In this document: one piece after another, positions 38,601-52,599 of the stretch
Layout: each line of letters starts with the position of its first letter
Position numbering within the stretch: position 1 is the first letter of the stretch
Origin: Geosiphon pyriformis uo1
Taxonomy: Eukaryota; Fungi; Glomeromycota
Assembly: GCA_016748015.1 (NCBI GenBank)
Contig: JAAOMT010000283.1
Location: 376,108 to 440,107, forward strand
Direction of reading: 5' to 3'
Length of the DNA: 64,000 nt
Translations under genes and position numbers: made by a program
Notes under the pieces: generated by a model
The model's database searches: none
What the model saw: the letters and a program-made list of their open reading frames with translations, nothing else
Told to the model about the DNA's origin: nothing

Positions 38601-39259
38601 ATCACATGTATTAGCCATTAATGTTATATAAATTAGCCACTCTATTTTTAAAAAGTAATCATTGATCTGATTAATGACCTAACTGTCGACTTGATCATTA
38701 ACTTAGTTATTGATCTAATCATTGACCACTTTTGATAGCTATATAAGCAATAAATTTCTTAGCTATAGAAAAAACATGTAGAAATCAAAGAAAAAAATAA
38801 AATAAAATAACAACTTTATCTCAATTCTTCTCTTATTACTAATTTTTTTTTCCTTACTTTCAAGTATTTAAACATTTTGGAATAAAAGATTATTTGTTGG
38901 CATTTATCTACCCTTTTCCTGACTTGTATAATTGTAATATTTGAAGATTATTGAATAAAATGTGACTGAAGAGCATATCTAATACCTAATATTGAATTTT
39001 AAGAGCATTAATATAAGGCATAGAATTATACCAGTGTGTAATTATTTGTCAACAGTACAGAGTATTTTTCTACTTTCAGATTCCCTGGTTATCTTTTGAA
39101 AAGTATAGTGACTGAGATATTTTATGAGACTGATTTCACATATTGAATCCATATTTATTCAATTTGCTCTTTAAAGTTGAATTTTCTTTGATTATTTCTA
39201 TCATCCTACAATTCTGTTCTCCTTTGCTATCTGTTAGTTTGTTATTTCAACTCATAACA
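35694..39259 (+). mobile_element. Family A copy 2 (RT from the FQRL motif, RNase H, integrase, ORF3 from 37942, LTR 38568-39259)
   Basis: Collinear with 325-4750. Confidence 0.94.
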
Positions 39260-42200
39260 GTATACTCAAAAACTTGAGATAAACATCTTGAACACTTGCA
39301 AAAAGTTTTTGATCTGCTCAAAAATGCTGGTTTTAAGATAAACCCAATTAAATCTTTTTTTGAACATTAATCCACCCAGTTTCTTGGTCATCTTATTACA
39401 AAAAATAGAATTTTCTCTGATCCAGTTAAGGTTAAAAAAGTCCAGAACATTAGACAATCAATAAATGTTTCTGAACTATGCTCTTTTCTTAGTTTGGCTT
39501 TTTATTATTATAAATTTATCAAAAATTTTTCCAAAATCACTTTTTCTCTCAATCAGTTATTTGAAAAAAATGTCAATTACTACTGGAGCACTTATTAACA
39601 AAAAGCTTTTGAAATTCTGAAGGAAAAACTTTTTACCAAACCAATTCTTAAACAACTTAATCTGGACCAACTTTTTATCTTCCACATTAATATATTGGGC
39701 TATAGACTTGGTACTGTTTTCTCACAAAAAAATGAAAATGGCAGAAAACATGTTATAGCATATGCCAATAGATCTTTCACACCAGCAGAAAAAAACTATT
39801 CAGTAACTAAACAAGAATGCTTAGCAATAGTTTGGGCTACTAGTTACTGGAACCAATATCTTTTTGGTGTAAAATTCTTAGTAGTAACAGATCATTAAGG
39901 CTTGGTTTGACTGCACAATAAAAAGAATCTGGAACACAAATAAATAACTTGCTAAATACTTCACTTAGATAAATTTGACTATGATATTCAACACCACAAA
40001 GAAGCAAATCATCAAAACACTGACACTCTCTCTAAACTTATTATTCAATAACAGTACAAGCTTCTCTAATTAACTCACCTTAATTATTAGTAACTCTTTT
40101 TTGACAAAACACAATAATGGACTTGAACAACTATTCTGCCTTAATAAAATTTTTGAGTAAAGAACAATACCCACCAGAATACACTCAACAGCAAAGAGAA
40201 CATTTGTACAAACAATCAAATTTCTATTTAATCTGCCAGAACCAATTATATAAAAGAAACAGAAAAGATCTTGACTATTCTCAGAGAGTTATTAAATTTG
40301 AAGAAAGAAAAATTGTAATATACAATATGTACACTGACCCATTAGCTGAACATTTTGGAAAAACAAAAACAATTCAGAAAACTTTAGCTTGCTATTATTG
40401 GTCTACTTTAAGAAAAAACATTGCTAATTACATTAAAACCTGTGACATCTGCCAAAAAAGAGACAAATCCAATCTCTGTTGATCAACTATTTGACAGAAT
40501 TGGTATAGATGTTGTTGGACTTTTAACAATAACTCTTGATGACAACAAACACATTATCACAGCTACTGACTATCTTACAAAGTGGGTAGAAGCAAGAGCC
40601 ACTTCAGACCAAACAGCAGTCTCAATAGCCAACTTCATATATAAAGATATTATCTGCCATCATGGCTGCTCTAAAGAACTTTTATCTGATAGAAAAAGAG
40701 CTTTTCTCAGTACACTGGTTCAAAAACTTTGTAGAAAAATAGAAATACGTTATAAACTTTTTTCTTCTTATTACCTTCAAACAAATTTATAAGACAAAGT
40801 ACTGCCTTCAGCTTTGTTTGCTTATAGAACTGTAAATTATAACATAACAAATTATAAATCTTTTTATCTGTTCTATAAACACATGACAACACTACCAATA
40901 GAAACTAACATTGAGACAATACTCTTTAAAAAGATCACAATAAGAAATTACAAAGACATTTTGCAAAAAAGACTTGGTACTATTCTTGACTTCTTGGTAA
41001 AAGCACAAATAATTGCTTTTGAAAAAATAAAACAATTCCAAGAAAAGCTTAAAAAAAAAAACCTATAAAATACTTTTTTTAAGTGTTGATAACTTAGTAT
41101 TAGAATACCATTCAGACAGAGACAATATTTATGGTGATAAATTTTCTAGTCAGTAGAAAGGATCTTTTATAATTAACAAAGTTTTGAACAATGATTTTTA
41201 TATTCTTTAAGATTAATCTGGAACAATCTTCAATAATTGTTCTGTTTATGATACACAACTTAAGAAATATTATAAATGACTTGATTGGTTGTCTGTTGTG
41301 GTAATATCGACCCAAATAATCAGCAAAAATTAAGTATAAATAAATGCATTATTCCCAAAACAGAGGTATCTTCAATCAACATGAATAATTATTTTCTGGA
41401 TCAAAACATTCAAAATGCCTTCTATACTCTCTATAAGTATTGAATCAAAAATTATCCAAATGCTACTTTGATTATTGGAAAACAAACCACCATAACTAAT
41501 AATAATAGAACACATACTGTTATTAAACCAAAGAAAACCACTACCAAAAGAGAAAGAATTGGTAACAAAATAGATAAATATCTGTTAGAAAATATAACAG
41601 CAGCTATACTTCCACCTTCCAACACAATTGGAAAAACAATTCAAGAAATCTTGCCCATAGACAAAAATTTGTTATATGAAAGGCAATTAAAACTTTATGG
41701 TAATCTTGATAAAATTATAAAGAATATAAAACTTATAAAAAAAACAATCTCAGAGATACAGACAGAAATTTTGGGCATTATATGATTAGATGTTTTAAGA
41801 GTTTTAACTATTGCTAAAAAAGCCAAAACTCTAATACAAAGATTTGGTTTCTTGAATACAAAACTCATTTTGTCTCAAATATTATACACTTTATCTACCA
41901 AAGACTTTAATAAATTAGTTAGTTTTGAATTAGACAAAACTTTTTAAATAGATTATCTCATGAATAGCTTGATTTTGCCAAAGCTCAATTTCTTTGAAAA
42001 GAATAATGTTATGATTAAAACTCATACTTTTTATTAATTATCATATGTATTAGCCACTGATGTCATATAATTAGCCACTCTATTTTTAGAAAGTGATTAT
42101 TAACTTGATCAATGATCTGATTATTAATCTGATCATTAATCTAATCATTAATTTGATCATTAACCTAATCATTGATCTGATTATTGACTTAGTCATTGAC

Positions 42201-43610
42201 CTGATTATTAACCACTTTTGATAGCTATATAAACAATGAATTTCTTAGCTGTAAAAAAGCATGTAAGAATTAAAGAAAGAAAATAAATAAAATAACAACT
42301 TTCATCTTAATTATTTTTTTATCACTAATTTTTCTTTCCCTACTTTCAAGTATCCAAACATCTTGGAATAAAAGATTACTTGTTGGTTATTCTCTATCTT
42401 TTTCCTGAAATGTGCAATTGTAGTATTTGAGGATTATTGAATAAAATGTAATTAAAAAGTATATTTGATACCTAATATTGAATTTTAAGAGTGCCAACAT
42501 GAGGCATAAAATTATACCAGTATTACAGATGACAATTTTCAGTGTTGGATTAAATAACAAACCTGTAATTTGGTGCTCAAAGCTATTCTTGTTGTTGAGG
42601 ATCTGAAGGTTTGGTATCTGAAGATTTTGTATCCGAAGAGTTTAGTTGAGTTCTTTGTATAATGGACAGAGATTCAATGATAATAGTTTTATCCATAGCT
42701 TCCCAAAACCACAGTTTTGTCAATTTTTTTCTCAGCTTGATGGCTGGTATTCCTCTTGGTAAGCTATCCTTAATTGAGTGTTCTACTCTTATTTCTGGGT
42801 CTTTTACCAGTCACGTTTATCCTGATATCAGTGCCCTATGCGTTAATCCTCAATAGAATTAGTAACAACAATAAAATCAAAGCAAAAAATAAAGAAAAAA
42901 AAAAGGAAATAAAGAAAGAAAAAAAATAAGCCAAGGTAATTTGCAAGTTAGTATTCCATCAATAGCCATGATTAAGAGCTATTGTTCCAGTGTGGTTAAG
43001 TGCCAATTATTATTAACATGAAGTGTTAATAGTGGAAATGGATTTGAGATAACAAATAGTTATTTATTAAATAATTGTGGTAATTAAGCTAAGAATTCTT
43101 CATGTTTATTCTGTTTTTTCTGCTTTTAATGCTACTGCTATATATATATATTTGAGATTTCTCAATTCCTCAATTTTTTGTGACAGGAATCCTGCAATTT
43201 CTGATAAGAGGAATTCTGGAATTCTGGAATCCTGCGATTCCTTGTCAGAGAATCTTGAAATTCCTGGAATTCTGCAATTCCTCTAAGAGGAATTTTGGAA
43301 TTTCACATTTACTACATTTATATTTGATTGGCTAATATCTACTGACTAATAATACTATATTTTCTATATTCTATGAGTAATACCAGTGTATAATTATTTG
43401 TTGACAATATAGACTATTCCTCTATCTTCAGATTCTCTGGTTATCTTTTGAAAAGTATAGGACTAAGATATTTTATGAGATTGATCTTGTACATTAAATC
43501 CATACTCATTTAATTTGCTCTTTAAAGTTGAATTTTCTTTGATTTTTTTTATCATCTTACAATTCTGTTCTCCCTTGCTATCTGTTAGCTTGTTACTCCA
43601 ACCTATAATA
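39260..43610 (+). mobile_element. Family A copy 3 (RT from VYSKT, RNase H, integrase, ORF3 from 41381, LTR 42007-43610 containing a solo LTR C)
   Basis: Collinear with 397-4750; small internal deletions in integrase. Confidence 0.94.
42521..43382 (-). mobile_element. Family C solo LTR (type C2) with TSD CCAG
   Basis: CCAG at 42517-42520 and 43383-43386; LTR A resumes after it. Confidence 0.9.
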
Positions 43611-45863
43611 GTATAATGGATAAATGGAAGAAACTACTCTTGGTTTCTTCTAAGTAGATAGCTGTATTTTTTTTGGTGTTTCTGCTGGTGTTTGTAGTTT
43701 TCTCTTGCCTTTTTCTGCATAAGTAATAAGGAATATTTGTTGGGTGTAATTTTCAATTTTTCTATTAATTTTAGTAATAATTGGGGTGAAGTTTTAGTTT
43801 AATGGTAAGCTGGTATATTGAATTAATTTGCTGTAAAAATTTCCTCTTGCTAATTCTGTATTTACTGATTCCTTTAGAAAATATTTAATTCTTTTATTAA
43901 CATAGAAGTTGAAAGCTGATTTTGCTAATAGTTGGTTGTTGGTTAATCCCAAATATTAACAGTAGTATTGGAATAAGAATTTGGCAAATTCTAAATGATT
44001 TGTTTTTCTTCTTTTGGATTTTGCTACTTTTAAGTATTTGTTGTTGGTGTAAATTCTCTATAAGATTATATCTTACAGAAAACACCAAATGTTACAGATG
44101 ATTATTTGAAATCTCAAATCAAATAACAAATTCATAATTTGGTGCTTAATAGCTAATCTCTTTGGAAATATATGAAGGTTTTAATAATCTGAAAATTTTG
44201 GGTTGAGTTTTTTGTATAATGAACAGAGATTTAATAGAGATTTTCTTTAGTGATATTTAAGTGTCAACTCTTGGGTTAATGTTGTTTGTTGTTTGTCACT
44301 TCTCAGAATTGCAATTCCATCAATTTTTTTTTCAGTGTGATGGCCAACAATCTTTCTGGTAAATTATCTTCAATTATGAATTCTACTTTTATTCCTGAAT
44401 CTTTTACCAGTGCTATATCTTGATGTTAGTATTTTCACATGTTAATCAATTAGTAAACAACAAAAAAAATAAAAAAAATAAAATAAAAAAAATAAAAAAA
44501 TTTAAGCCAAGACAATAAAAAGTTAGTATCTCATCAATAGCTATGATTAAGAGCTATTGTTTCAGTATAATCAAGTATTAATAGTAAGGAGAGTAATTTA
44601 GATAATGAATAATTATTTATTGATATGAATAATTCTAACTAAGATGTTTTTCTTTTTAACAGAGAGATCTTGATATTAATTCTGTTTTTTCTGTTTCTAA
44701 TACTCTTGCTATATATACATAATTTGAGTTCTATGAGATTACTTACATTCTCGAGTGATGTGCTATGATTTTTTAAGCAATGCTTACATTGCTGAGCAAT
44801 ATGTTATAATTTTCTGACATTGCTCCATATTGCTGAACAATGTGCTGTAATTCCTGACAATGTTCTATATTGTTAAGCAATGTGCTTATGTTGTTATAAG
44901 TGATTATTTGGGATCTCAAATCAAATAACAAATCTGTAACTTGGTGCTCAATTGATAAATAGTGTTGTTAATATCTTTAAGTTGTTGGTATCTAAAGGTT
45001 TTGTTGATCTGAAGGTTTTGTTATTAAGTCTTTTATATAATAAACAGTGATTTAATAGTTGTTTCTGTAGCCTCTTGGAATTGCAATTCCATCAAATTTC
45101 TTTCTCAACATGGTGGCCAGTAATTCTCCTAATAAGCTATCCTCAAATCTATGAGTGTTCTATCCTTGTTTTATGGGTTTTTTACTAGTTTCTATGATGT
45201 CTGTACTTTAGTGCTTAATTCTTTACTCAATTAGTAAATAACAACAAAATAAAAGAAATAAAAATAAAAGAAATAAGAAATAAAAAATAAGTTAAAACAA
45301 TTCAAATTAGTATTCCATCAATAGCCATAATCAAGAGCTATTGTTCTAATATGATCAAGTATCAATTTCTATTAACATGAAGTGTTAATAGTAAGAGTAG
45401 ATTAAGATAGAATAATTATTTATTTGATATTTGTGATGTAGAAGGTTGTTTAGATCAAATCTAAACTAAGAGATTTCTAACTAAAGGATTCTGCCTTTTC
45501 TACTTTTAGCACTACTGCTATATATACATAATTGAGATTTCTCAATTTCTCAATTCTTCACACCAGGAATTCTGGAATTTCTGGAATTTTGGAATTCTTT
45601 TAAAAGGAATTCTGCAATTCTGCAATTCTGCAATTCTTTGTATGAAAATCCAAAAATTTCTGGAATCCTGAAATTCCTAGAATCCTGCAATTCCTTTGAA
45701 AAAAATCCTGGAATTTCACATTTACTACAGTTACTTCTGATTGGCTAATTTATATGCTAATATACTTCCTATATTCTATGAGTAACAATATATTAACTAC
45801 TATTTTCCTATTAGTCTATCTGTTTTTTCTATTATTTTTTGTATGCTTTTTTTATGAGTAATA
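43611..45863 (-). mobile_element. Family C 5' fragment: LTR (type C1, 44090-45863), PBS, start of gag
   Basis: Reverse complement aligns to 56085-57345. Confidence 0.9.
44892..45787 (-). mobile_element. Family C solo LTR (type C2) nested in a type C1 LTR, TSD ATGT/ATAT
   Basis: TGTTA...GTAACA termini; outer LTR resumes at 45792. Confidence 0.9.
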
Positions 45864-47092
45864 CTGCTTATTTTTTGATAGTCAGACTGTTTGAATGCAT
45901 GCAAGTCAGAATTGCATTTAATATATCCAGATTTTTGTAATCAGTGTTGGATAGAATGCCAATATATTGTAAACATTATTTATAGTAAAAATTTGAGAGT
46001 TGAATGACACAAAGTAAAAAGTTATTCAGGGATTTTAGAAAATGAATGTGTTAATGTTCTTGCCACTGTTGCTTCCCTTTCTGATTGGTATCTTCCCCTC
46101 ATTTAAGAGAACATTATATTATAACTGGTAGTAATATGGTTTTTGATAACTTCAGACATTTTGTTCATGATATTTTTAGATTTGTTCATTATGTATACTG
46201 GGAGATTAGTTTTGGTTCTAAGGTTTTGGCAGATGATTTGCTTTCAGATATTAACTGGCTCAGTTTTTCTTTGGTGTAACATTCTGATTTATACATGACT
46301 GCAGATTTCACAAACTCTCTGTTAGCATATGCACTTATTTTATAAAGACTTTATATTATCAGCTACTTGTTGTTGTTCAGAAGCACTTGTATAACAGACA
46401 TTATCCTAATGTGTTATGTTTGTACTATGATAATATTAAGATTTCAGATCATGTGTTTTCTTGTAAAGTTGACAATTCTATCTGTTATCAATTATTAAAT
46501 GTCTATACAACTTAATAGGAAGTATTTTCTGGTCTTCTTTGCTTCTCTTTTTATATCTCTCAGTTTTTATTATCTTGTGCTTCTAATGTCTCTATGTATA
46601 TGATTCTTTGTAAGGGTTTTGTTTTTGAGGGTTGGCTCCAAAAAGCTGTTTTAGTTTTCTGTAATTCCAAAGTTATATGTCAAAGGATTGTGAGATTTTT
46701 GTATACTTTTTATGTTACTTTTAGAGATAATATCTGGTTAATTTACACTAAGCATCATGTTTTTATGGAAAAAAATAGACTGATTCCACTAGATAATTCA
46801 ACTCTTGTTTTAGTTTGTGGGCTTTTTTTAAGGTTTTCTATTGGTGTTATCAAGTTGCTTGGAATTGCTGAGATTTTTGGCATTTATTTTGGTTTTCATA
46901 GGTCTTGCTTATTTTTTTCAAGTGTTAGTGGCTTGGCTTCAGTTCACATAGTTGCTTAGTGTTGTTCTGATTGGTCCAAGTGGCTAATCACATGTAGTAA
47001 GAGCATGATTCACACCTAGTTTAGATTACTTATATAATATATGATACTAGATAGTATTTAGACCTCACTCGTAAAGCATAATAAAAAAAAAA
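45864..47092 (+). mobile_element. LINE 3' end (RNase H C-terminal half, zinc finger, 3' UTR, A-tract), T-rich family
   Basis: DSQ, HKVKSYSGILENE..N, C..C...SDHVFSC motifs; homologous to 55000-56084; A-run at 47083-47092. Confidence 0.75.
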
Positions 47093-47839
47093 GTTGTAAT
47101 TAATAATTTAAAATTGTAATAAAGTATTATTTTGGTTACAACTTATTATTTTTATTATTTTTAAATTTAAATAAAAATCATATTTTAAATACAACAATTT
47201 TAAATTAAATATTTAAATAAACATTAATTATTTTAAACAATATTATCAAAACTAAAAATGTTGTTTTGAAATATTTGGCAGTTTTGGAAATACTATATAT
47301 ATTAAACAATCATGATACTGCTTTGAACCAATAAAAATTTTTTGATTTTGAAAATGCAATATTAAGTATTTGTTTAAATACTCTAAAATAGGTAATAGTG
47401 CTTGTTTATATTCAAAATACATATTATAACGTGATATAAGTTTATTGGAATATTATTTATTATTTATTTTAAAAAAATCACATATTTTTTATTGATTCGT
47501 AACAATGTTAGATTTTATCGAAAAATTGCAATAAAAATAATTATTAACGTAAAAGAAGTGAAAGTTTGATTATATATATCAAATGGATAATGGATTGTTC
47601 TATGTAAGTCAAAAATAATTTTACTTTCCTAATGGTACATTAATGATGTACAAAAACTTGTATTATGGAAAGAATTACAATAAACCCGCATTTTAATTCT
47701 GAAGTTAATAGAAATTGCGAGAAATAAATTACCGATTCAATATTAAAATAAAATGAAAAATGAAATGCCAAGTGCAAAGATTTTTGTAAAGAGTTCGTGC
47801 AAAACAAGATGAGAATAAAAAAAGAAAAATTATTGAGAA

Positions 47840-50800
47840 TCATCGTATATAACCTCCTGAGGTTCCAATAGTAAGGTAACCTCCTTGGCTACTCAAATCC
47901 AGGCGCTCTAAAAGCGTATGGTACAAAAATTTATATGCCCAAATGTTGCCTTTTATCCTTTTGAGGTCTACAATATAGAGTCCAGGAAGATTTTTTATTT
48001 TGCACAATTCTACAGAAAATCGAATTTCATCTCCGGAATCTACTGTCGAGTCACCGTAGATAATATCTGGAGTAGCAATAATCGAATTTGAATTATTTAT
48101 AGAGGCGCTAGGAGGCGGAGGTGGCGAAGTAATTGGGATGGATGGATCCAAATGAGGATTACTTTGGGATGAACTCAAAACTCTGGCGTTACCCGCTATT
48201 GCTGGCACTGAGATACTAAGAGCTAATGGTTCTTCGTTGATATGTGTTGTCAAGAAAGATGGAGACGCTGTTGGGGTTGATTTTTTCTTATGATTTCTTG
48301 GTGGAGATGAAGGAGCTGAGGAATTTGTAGATGGAGATAATTGGCTGTTGTTGGAACTTGTACGACGTAATAATGTCTTGAACGTTCCAGGTGAATATTT
48401 TCGCTTTTTCTTATCAAACACTTCGAGACCATTCTCCATTATTGGGAGGGTGTCCTTTTCTTTATCTTTTAATTTGCTATTGTCTTTAGTAGTTTGTGAA
48501 ATTACCTTACGTTTCCGTCTTACACATCGAACCTTGAATTCTCCTTCACGCTTGATTTCAATACCCATGCTTACAAGCGTTTGTTTGACAACAATGAATA
48601 CTTCGTAAGGTGCTCGTGATGTCAAAGCCAATTGATCGACAGCCCCATGATGCCATCGAAGCTTAGATTCCACGTTCGCAAGCGAATGACCAGCGGGAAA
48701 ACAGGAGGCTCGTGATGTGGCATTATTTGATGCGTCAGTTGTCACTACTACTGTGGGAGTCTGTTGATTCTTTGTTTTGGGATTTTTTGACCTTTCATTC
48801 CCTAAAGCAACTCCGTTGGTGGGACCTGATTCTTGAATTTTGGGAATTTTTACAGGGGCGGGTGTGGGGAGAATTGGCCCATCGTGGTTTTTGGCTGTTT
48901 GTAAAAATGAATATTTAAATTAATATTATTAGAAAACATAATTTATAAATGCCAAAAGGTTAGTATGTTACCCAAGGACTTTCTGCGGAACCAATCCATA
49001 ACTTTTTTCGCGGCATTTGAGCTACCACTGGTCGTTGAACTACCACTAATTGTCTTTCGCTTTTCCTTCGTGGGTGTGTGAAGAACACTCCCGTGATTAA
49101 CTTGACCTACTTGAGCCAACGGATTTTTGAATGAATCTACCATTAAACTAAAAGCTTTTCTTTTGCCCCCTCTGTTTCGGGGTCGATCGTGGAATGCATT
49201 AATCTCGTCAACCACAGTATCCGATGCAGTATCGATTGGCATTTCTTGGGAATTTTGATGGGATATTGGAGGTGCTTTCAATGAAATTATATAAGATTGC
49301 ATTACGGAATTAGAGGTTCCGGTTTTTTGATTGATATCATTTAGGGAATCACTGGGAACAGTGGAGATGGGTGAGACATCAGATGTCATATTGTTACTCA
49401 TAAATTTATATACTTTTTCTTGAGAAGATCCTCTTTTATTAGGTCTTTTTTGGGCCGCTGCTGGTAGGGATGGAATTTTAGAAAAGCTTGATAAACTAGA
49501 AGGTAAAGAATCTCGACGACTGGGAACCGGAGGGAGAGGTGATGACGGAGGCGTACCCACAGGTGAAGTAAAATGTGTGGGAGTAGGTGGTGGTTCAGCT
49601 GATAAAAGTTCAGAGGTGGATTGAATATTACCCCTTTGTGGTACAAGTTCAGAAAGAAAGTTGGATCCGCCAGATGGAGGACCATGAACCGTAACTGGTC
49701 TTGTACGCACAGTATCACGCTTCTTGGGGGCTGAAGAAGCATTCTTGAGCTCTATTGGTGTTATAGATTGCGGAGATGGAACTAAATTATTTAATATTGG
49801 CGGTGCGGGTGATGAAATATGCCCATTCCTAATTTGAGAGAAATCTGATTCCTGAAGGTCTATATTTTGGTCCCGTTCAAATAGAGTGAAAAGTCCTGAT
49901 CCATTAGTAGCAGAGCTCTTGGAAATTGTTGGAGTACCTGGTGGTGTATTACCTGTCCCACTGCTTCCTGATGTTGCAGATATTGTGGATGATACGCTAT
50001 GATGTTTGTCGGATTGAGAATACATGCCATTTGCCTCTAACGTCTGCAAAGATGATACAGTATTCATGAGAGCAGGAGCAGAAGCGTTGTCATAATCATT
50101 GCTGCCAAAAACCTCGCTTATATCGGGGACGACAAATTCTGTTGAGGGGACTGATAGATTAGCCCCTAAACGAGTGCCGTCGGCGAATATGAAATCTTCC
50201 CCGGGATAGTCAATGAATGAGTTATCAGGATAATCATATTCAACTTGAATAGTGTGACGTTTTACTGATGCAGGAGTTCGCATGCTATTGGGAAGAAGAT
50301 TAGTATCTCGGGCATATTCTGATGATAGATAAGTATTACTGGGAGCCGACATTCCTGCTGGAAGGTATTCTTCGGGTGGTGGTGGTGATGAATATGTGAC
50401 GGGGTTAGCAGCTGCCTGCTCAATTTGTGAGAAAATTTTAATTAAGCAAATAAAATATGGGTTCAAATTTTTAGATGCCAAAATTTACCTCTAATTCTGA
50501 CACACTGTAATCGAAAATTTCCGAATAAGGTGCGAGCCAGCTGTGTAAGTTAATATAAAGGAAGATAATATGAACAATAGAACTTACAACTGGTTTATTA
50601 CGTTATATTAAACAAGAAAACGAGATTTTCGTATACCAACCGATGTGACATAATAATTCTCATATCGCATCGTTTGGCGGGGTCAGGTACGAGCATCTTT
50701 CCTAACAGATCTTTTGCATCTGGGCTAACGTAATCCGGAAATACTAGAGGAGTGTTGATAATATATTTGTACAGCAGGTTGATATTATCTCCATCCGGAT

Positions 50801-52124
50801 TACAAGGATCATCGTCGAATGGAAGGTATCCCGATAACATGGCGTACTAATTAACATGACATGAAAGATTAAATTTTCTATCCAAATTGGAAAAAATCAA
50901 GATGAACTTGAATATCAGTATTAAGCAACAACTTTACCAAAATTACACCGCAACTCCAAATATCCACAGCACTTCCAACATAAAGCCCTTCACTTATAAC
51001 CAATTCTGGGGCAGCATAACAAGGACTCCCACAGGATGTTGCCATAAGATCATCTTTAGCGCTTTGGAATTGGTTAGCAAAACCAAAATCGGTTATGATT
51101 ATGTTGCGATTCCGATCCAATAAGAGATTTTCCTAGATTGATGAAAATTAATATTATAACCTAATTTATCCACTATGTTGAAACCGTAAAGTTATACTTA
51201 CAAGCTTAAGGTCACGATGTACAATATTCTTTTGATGTAAATAATTAACCCCGCTAATTAATTGGGCGAAAAGCCGGCAAGCATCTCGTTCCTTAAGGTA
51301 TCGATGAGCTAATATATGATCAAAAAGCTCACCCCCTTTGTCCGGAGAAATGATGTTTGGTGAATTAGAAAATTGGTATTTGTGGAGAGCTTTATATATT
51401 AAAATATTAGCTCAATAGCAAAGATGAGAGCTTTTACCAGATGCGTATTCTAGAATTATGCCAATATATCGTTCTGTTTCAAACACGTCATAAAGTTTTA
51501 CTATGTTAGGGTGCATCACATCCTATTTTGGGAATTATGCAGAGGAATGTAAAGCCAAAAGGATGGTTAAGGTCTGACAAGAAAATAAATATAAAATGAC
51601 GGATATTATTTTCAAATATATGATAATAAAATTACCCTTAATACACCAATTTCTCTCTCGATCTTTTGCAATCGGGATTGACTATCAACAGATTCCTTAC
51701 GTATGAGTTTAATTGCGACCTAATTCCCAATTTTCAGTGTGAAATTGTAAGAGTAAATAATATCAAAAGTCTTTCCTATGTTCTACTCAGTTAACCAATT
51801 GAAAAAACGGGTTTTATGGAGATTTAAGCTCAGGTTTTGCTTCATATTTTCTAATCGCCTTTCAAAGTCACCATCTCTCACCTCCTCGCGAGTATCTATA
51901 TGCATCCCCAGTTTAACTTTCCCGAATTCACCTTCACCTAAGGTTTGCAGCAGAACATATGGTCCAAATAAGTTGCCCTTATGCATTGAACTCTGTGTCA
52001 TTTGGGGTGGTTGTCTGATTTCTGCATACCTATACGGTATGGGAATGGGTGTTGATACGGGGCGTCCACGTGAAGACTGTTGCTGTACATTTTGATGTTG
52101 GGAAGGAAAAAACGTTGTTTCCAT
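47840..52124 (-). CDS. KIN4: KIN4/Ppk1-like CAMKL Ser/Thr protein kinase with C-terminal KA1 domain, 9 exons, ~1165 aa
   Basis: Exons (minus): 52124-51882, 51719-51636, 51522-51438, 51335-51202, 51132-50938, 50846-50641, 50540-50489, 50415-48972, 48894-47840; all introns GT-AG with consistent phases (3498 nt total). Motifs [39 protein letters not shown]; KA1-like RFSVELCK...[12 protein letters not shown]. Confidence 0.93.
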
Positions 52125-52599
52125 TCAAGTATTTAAAGCTGGGAACGTGTTTTACGAAAATGAAAGAAAAACAAAATAGAAAAAGTAAAAGGGAAAGAAA
52201 ATGGAATAGTATAATATCAAATATCCTGTGCTGAGAAAAGGTAATATAAGTTTGTGTGCTCGGTTTCTATTAGTATCTTCAGACACTAAGGTTACGTCAT
52301 TTCCGTTTTTGGTTGAAACTTTAAAATATTTTGGGGGTTAATGAGACTCTTTATTTGTTAGTAAGGATGGGTGATTGTTCTTTTTTACGTCGTGTTGAAG
52401 TTCCAAGGATATCTCGCAATACGAAATCCTGAACCAATTATTTTAATCCCGGCCCGTGAAACCCTTTTTGGATAGTTGGTTGGATTTTACTTTGAAATTT
52501 CTCCTCTAGAAAAAACCTGTTGCCAACATGAAAGCTGTGAAACGTGATGTGTCCAAGAAAGGCCGATAAAATAAATTATTGCTAAGAATAGCCGATGCC

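Noticed and set aside
13228-43610. One intact family A element from the LTR at 13228 to the LTR at 39259 or 43610
   Set aside because: Left flank CTGT does not match GTAT, the flanking sequences belong to different hosts, and the protease and RT start are missing
48943-50481. 512-aa and 301-aa ORFs as separate genes
   Set aside because: They splice in phase, with GT-AG introns, into the single kinase CDS
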